From: a virus
Lineage: Duplodnaviria; Caudoviricetes
Length of the DNA: 29,826 bases
Strand: one strand, 5' to 3'
IMG/VR virus record: IMGVR_UViG_3300026026_000059
Span: 1-29,826 of that record
The notes below the pieces were generated by a model. The model ran no database searches. It saw only the letters and a program-made list of their open reading frames with translations, and was not told the DNA's origin. This document shows, one piece after another, positions 28,108 to 29,826 of this stretch. A program made the translations under genes and the position numbers. Each line of letters begins with the position of its first letter. Positions within the stretch are counted from its first letter, which is position 1.

Positions 28108-28135
28108 ATATAATATAAAAGAACAAATTTATTGA

Positions 28136-28217
28136 CTATAACGGGACCGGCAATGCACGAAGGCCGGTACGACCGCTTATTGTTTTCTATCCGGCTTTTG
28201 TGCTTGCCGTGTTAGGC
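28136..28217 (+). repeat. attC-like site I
   Basis: CTATAAC-gggac-cggcaa[t]gcacgaaggccgg ... ccggcttttgtgcttgccg-t-GTTAGGC. Confidence 0.9.
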
Positions 28218-28235
28218 GAAGTTTTTCACCCTTCC

Positions 28236-28568
28236 CTAACCTATTGTCAAAATGGCGGGATTAACAACGCCGCCATTTGATTTTTTTTTGGAAACGCCAT
28301 GATCGCTATTCCACTTATTCCGAAATTCTTCGCCGCGCGAATGGACCTTTGAAATGATGTTCGCTACACAACCGGCCATAAATCCAGTTATACCACCGGC
28401 CTTTGATTCGTCATCTGCGCGGCAGATAAGAGTGTGACAGTCAAAGTCACCAAGCTCATTATCAAGAATCTCCATTGCGCGGCGAGCTACCATAATGGCG
28501 GCGTTTCCATAAGGATCGGTATTGGCGGCGACGCACTTATCCCAACCTTCTTTATCAACAATAGCCAT
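28236..28568 (-). CDS. Cassette-borne hypothetical protein
   Basis: Start MAIVDKEGW after GGAGG; the longer ORF-track start lies inside site J. Confidence 0.75.
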   Translation of the reverse strand: MAIVDKEGWDKCVAANTDPYGNAAIMVARRAMEILDNELGDFDCHTLICRADDESKAGGITGFMAGCVANIISKVHSRGEEFRNKWNSDHGVSKKKSNGGVVNPAILTIG

Positions 28569-28601
28569 TTTGACCTCCAAAATAAAGGGGTGAAAAATTT
28601 T

Positions 28602-28665
28602 GCCTAACGTGTTGCTAAACGTGTGTTCGTTTGGCTTTGCAAATGACACACTTTAGCTGTTAGCG
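28602..28665 (+). repeat. attC-like site J
   Basis: GCCTAAC-gtgtt-gctaaa[c]gtgtgt ... acacactttagc-t-GTTAGCG. Confidence 0.9.
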
Positions 28666-28973
28666 GCAGTAGTTTTTACTACCGCATTAAAACTTTTCGC
28701 GAACTCAATAGACTTTTGAAGAACGAGCAATGACCGTTCCGCGTCTTCGGTTGCTGAATGCAATTCGTCCGACGGAGTGATAACAGCTCGAATAGAATCA
28801 ACCACGTTCTTTGCACCATCGCCGCTTAGTTCCCATTCAACATCGTGAAGCGCCTTTGCCACTTTTATAAGGTGCTTACCGAAGGCACTGAACTGCGGGT
28901 TAGAATGACCTACGAGCTGCGACGCCGCATCTTGAACATTAGAATATACGTAATTCAACGAACCCCCGGACAT
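28653..28973 (-). CDS. Cassette-borne hypothetical protein (MSGGSLNY... type)
   Basis: AAGGTGG RBS; stop codon in the arm of site J. Confidence 0.75.
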   Translation of the reverse strand: MSGGSLNYVYSNVQDAASQLVGHSNPQFSAFGKHLIKVAKALHDVEWELSGDGAKNVVDSIRAVITPSDELHSATEDAERSLLVLQKSIEFAKSFNAVVKTTAANS

Positions 28974-29025
28974 AGTAACCACCTTTCTTGTGAGCGAAAC
29001 TATAATTAAAAGTAAAGTTTATTGC

Positions 29026-29089
29026 CGCTAACGGGACGCGAAACAGTTGATCGTGCGGCTTTGCACATGTCAACCTTTCGCTGTTATAC
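29026..29089 (+). repeat. attC-like site K
   Basis: CGCTAAC-gggac-gcgaaa[c]agttga ... tcaacctttcgc-t-GTTATAC. Confidence 0.9.
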
Positions 29090-29284
29090 GCTTTTAGTCA
29101 ACTTTCCTATAGGCTCTTTTTTGGCCTGTATTGTCTTGGCGCAGGACGCGCCTCTTTGGTTTATCCACTCTTGCAACGCCAGACGTACCTGTCCTGCAAA
29201 GGTACGCTGCTCGGATTCTGCAATAGATTCGAGCGCCTTCTTGATCTTGGTTTCAATCCGAATTTTGATTACTTCGGTTTTCAT
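29084..29284 (-). CDS. Arc/ribbon-helix-helix DNA-binding protein (copy 2)
   Basis: MKTEVIKIRIETKIKKALESIAESEQRTFAGQVRLAL; close paralogue of 26191-26391; stop codon lies in the core box of site K. Confidence 0.8.
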   Translation of the reverse strand: MKTEVIKIRIETKIKKALESIAESEQRTFAGQVRLALQEWINQRGASCAKTIQAKKEPIGKLTKSV

Positions 29285-29285
29285 T

Positions 29286-29546
29286 TCACATATCCCGCGC
29301 AAACGCCCTGATACCATCACGTATTTTTGCGTCATCAATCCGAGTATCCATACACTCATAAGCGCCATCGGAATTTAACCAAAACTCGACCATCCCACCC
29401 TGCCCCTGCCAATCAGGAATAGCGTAATGGCACAAAGATTTATTTTTTCTTTCTTCCCTTGCGTTTTGTTCTTCACGCGCCTCTTTTTGGGCCTGTGCAA
29501 ACTCATCATCCGAAAGATGGCCGAAAATTTCATTTCTTATATTCAT
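29286..29546 (-). CDS. Hypothetical protein co-transcribed with RHH copy 2
   Basis: MNIRNEIF start after AAGGGG; its stop codon is 1 nt from the RHH start. Confidence 0.65.
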   Translation of the reverse strand: MNIRNEIFGHLSDDEFAQAQKEAREEQNAREERKNKSLCHYAIPDWQGQGGMVEFWLNSDGAYECMDTRIDDAKIRDGIRAFARDM

Positions 29547-29587
29547 TTTGCATCCCCTTGGTTTGTGGTTTCTTTTCTTACTATTTA

Positions 29588-29616
29588 AATATACCACAAA
29601 GTACAACCAAAGTCAA
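29588..29616 (-). promoter_or_regulatory. Sigma70-type promoter of RHH cassette 2
   Basis: TTGACT-17 nt-TATATT with TG upstream of the -10 box and an AT-rich UP-like tract. Confidence 0.75.
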
Positions 29617-29723
29617 CAATTAATTTATTTATTTTTAATTTTCTTTTTTTTCGGTTTTGTTGCCCAGGACGGGCAACTTTTGTCTTGGGCCAAAAACTAT
29701 AACATAAAAAGTTGACTAATTGC

Positions 29724-29779
29724 GTATAACGGCCCCGCGCACAGCCGATCGTTTTAATGTCGGCTTGCGCGTGTTAGCC
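29724..29779 (+). repeat. attC-like site L
   Basis: GTATAAC-ggccc-cgcgca[c]agccga ... tcggcttgcgcg-t-GTTAGCC. Confidence 0.9.
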
Positions 29780-29826
29780 GATGTAAACTGGCCTTCCTAA
29801 ATTTCCGCCGCAACAGGCTCGTATGT

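Larger units (their letters stand above)
25531..29814. mobile_element. Integron-like gene cassette array (cluster of attC-like sites, no integrase in window)
   Basis: About 12 hairpins of the form YAAC...GTTR with shared geometry alternate with single genes; core boxes flanking each gene are complementary; the array continues past the window end. Confidence 0.85.

Noticed and set aside
22242-29378. Plus-strand ORFs in the right arm (e.g. 22562-22939, 27461-27787, 27821-28024, 29022-29378)
   Set aside because: They are shadows of RBS-supported minus-strand genes or translations of hairpins.
26545-29779. Hairpins as simple intrinsic terminators
   Set aside because: They lack U-tracts, have conserved AAC/GTT ends, a fixed bulge and long variable loops, and show cross-cassette core complementarity.
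25531-29814. CRISPR array or REP-type repeat interpretation of the recurrent palindromes
   Set aside because: The repeats differ in sequence and length, are separated by whole genes rather than constant-length spacers, and no cas genes are visible.
1-29826. Integron integrase, reverse transcriptase/DGR, or terminase in the window
   Set aside because: No ORF shows tyrosine-recombinase R-H-R-H-Y, RT YxDD or terminase Walker motifs that I can recognise, and no TR/VR pair was seen.

Overview
This window is part of a tailed-phage (or prophage) genome with a podovirus-like gene order. The + strand (1-22102) carries a virion and lysis-region operon: a partial portal, scaffold, major capsid, adaptor, nozzle, tail fibre(s) and ejection-type proteins, then a Pal/OmpA-like lipoprotein, a polytopic membrane protein, a class-3 lipase, holin-like proteins and a large secreted beta-rich protein. 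Unusually many of these proteins begin with Sec signal peptides. The - strand (22108-29826) carries small early/accessory genes, including a RuvC-like resolvase, a radical-SAM protein and two ribbon-helix-helix repressors. The main discovery is an integron-like gene-cassette array from about 25.5 kb to the window end. About 12 imperfect hairpins of the form NNNYAAC-5 nt-arm...arm-1 nt-GTTRNNN (attC-like) separate single genes, and the core boxes flanking one gene match each other better than the two boxes of one hairpin, which is the signature of cassettes integrated as circles. No integrase is visible in the window. A conserved CTATAAT motif lies 26-32 nt before most sites. One ORF-free cassette encodes a tRNA-like RNA with an expanded anticodon arm, and two cassettes carry their own sigma70 promoter plus a repressor. 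All calls come from reading motifs and gene order by eye; no database searches were run.
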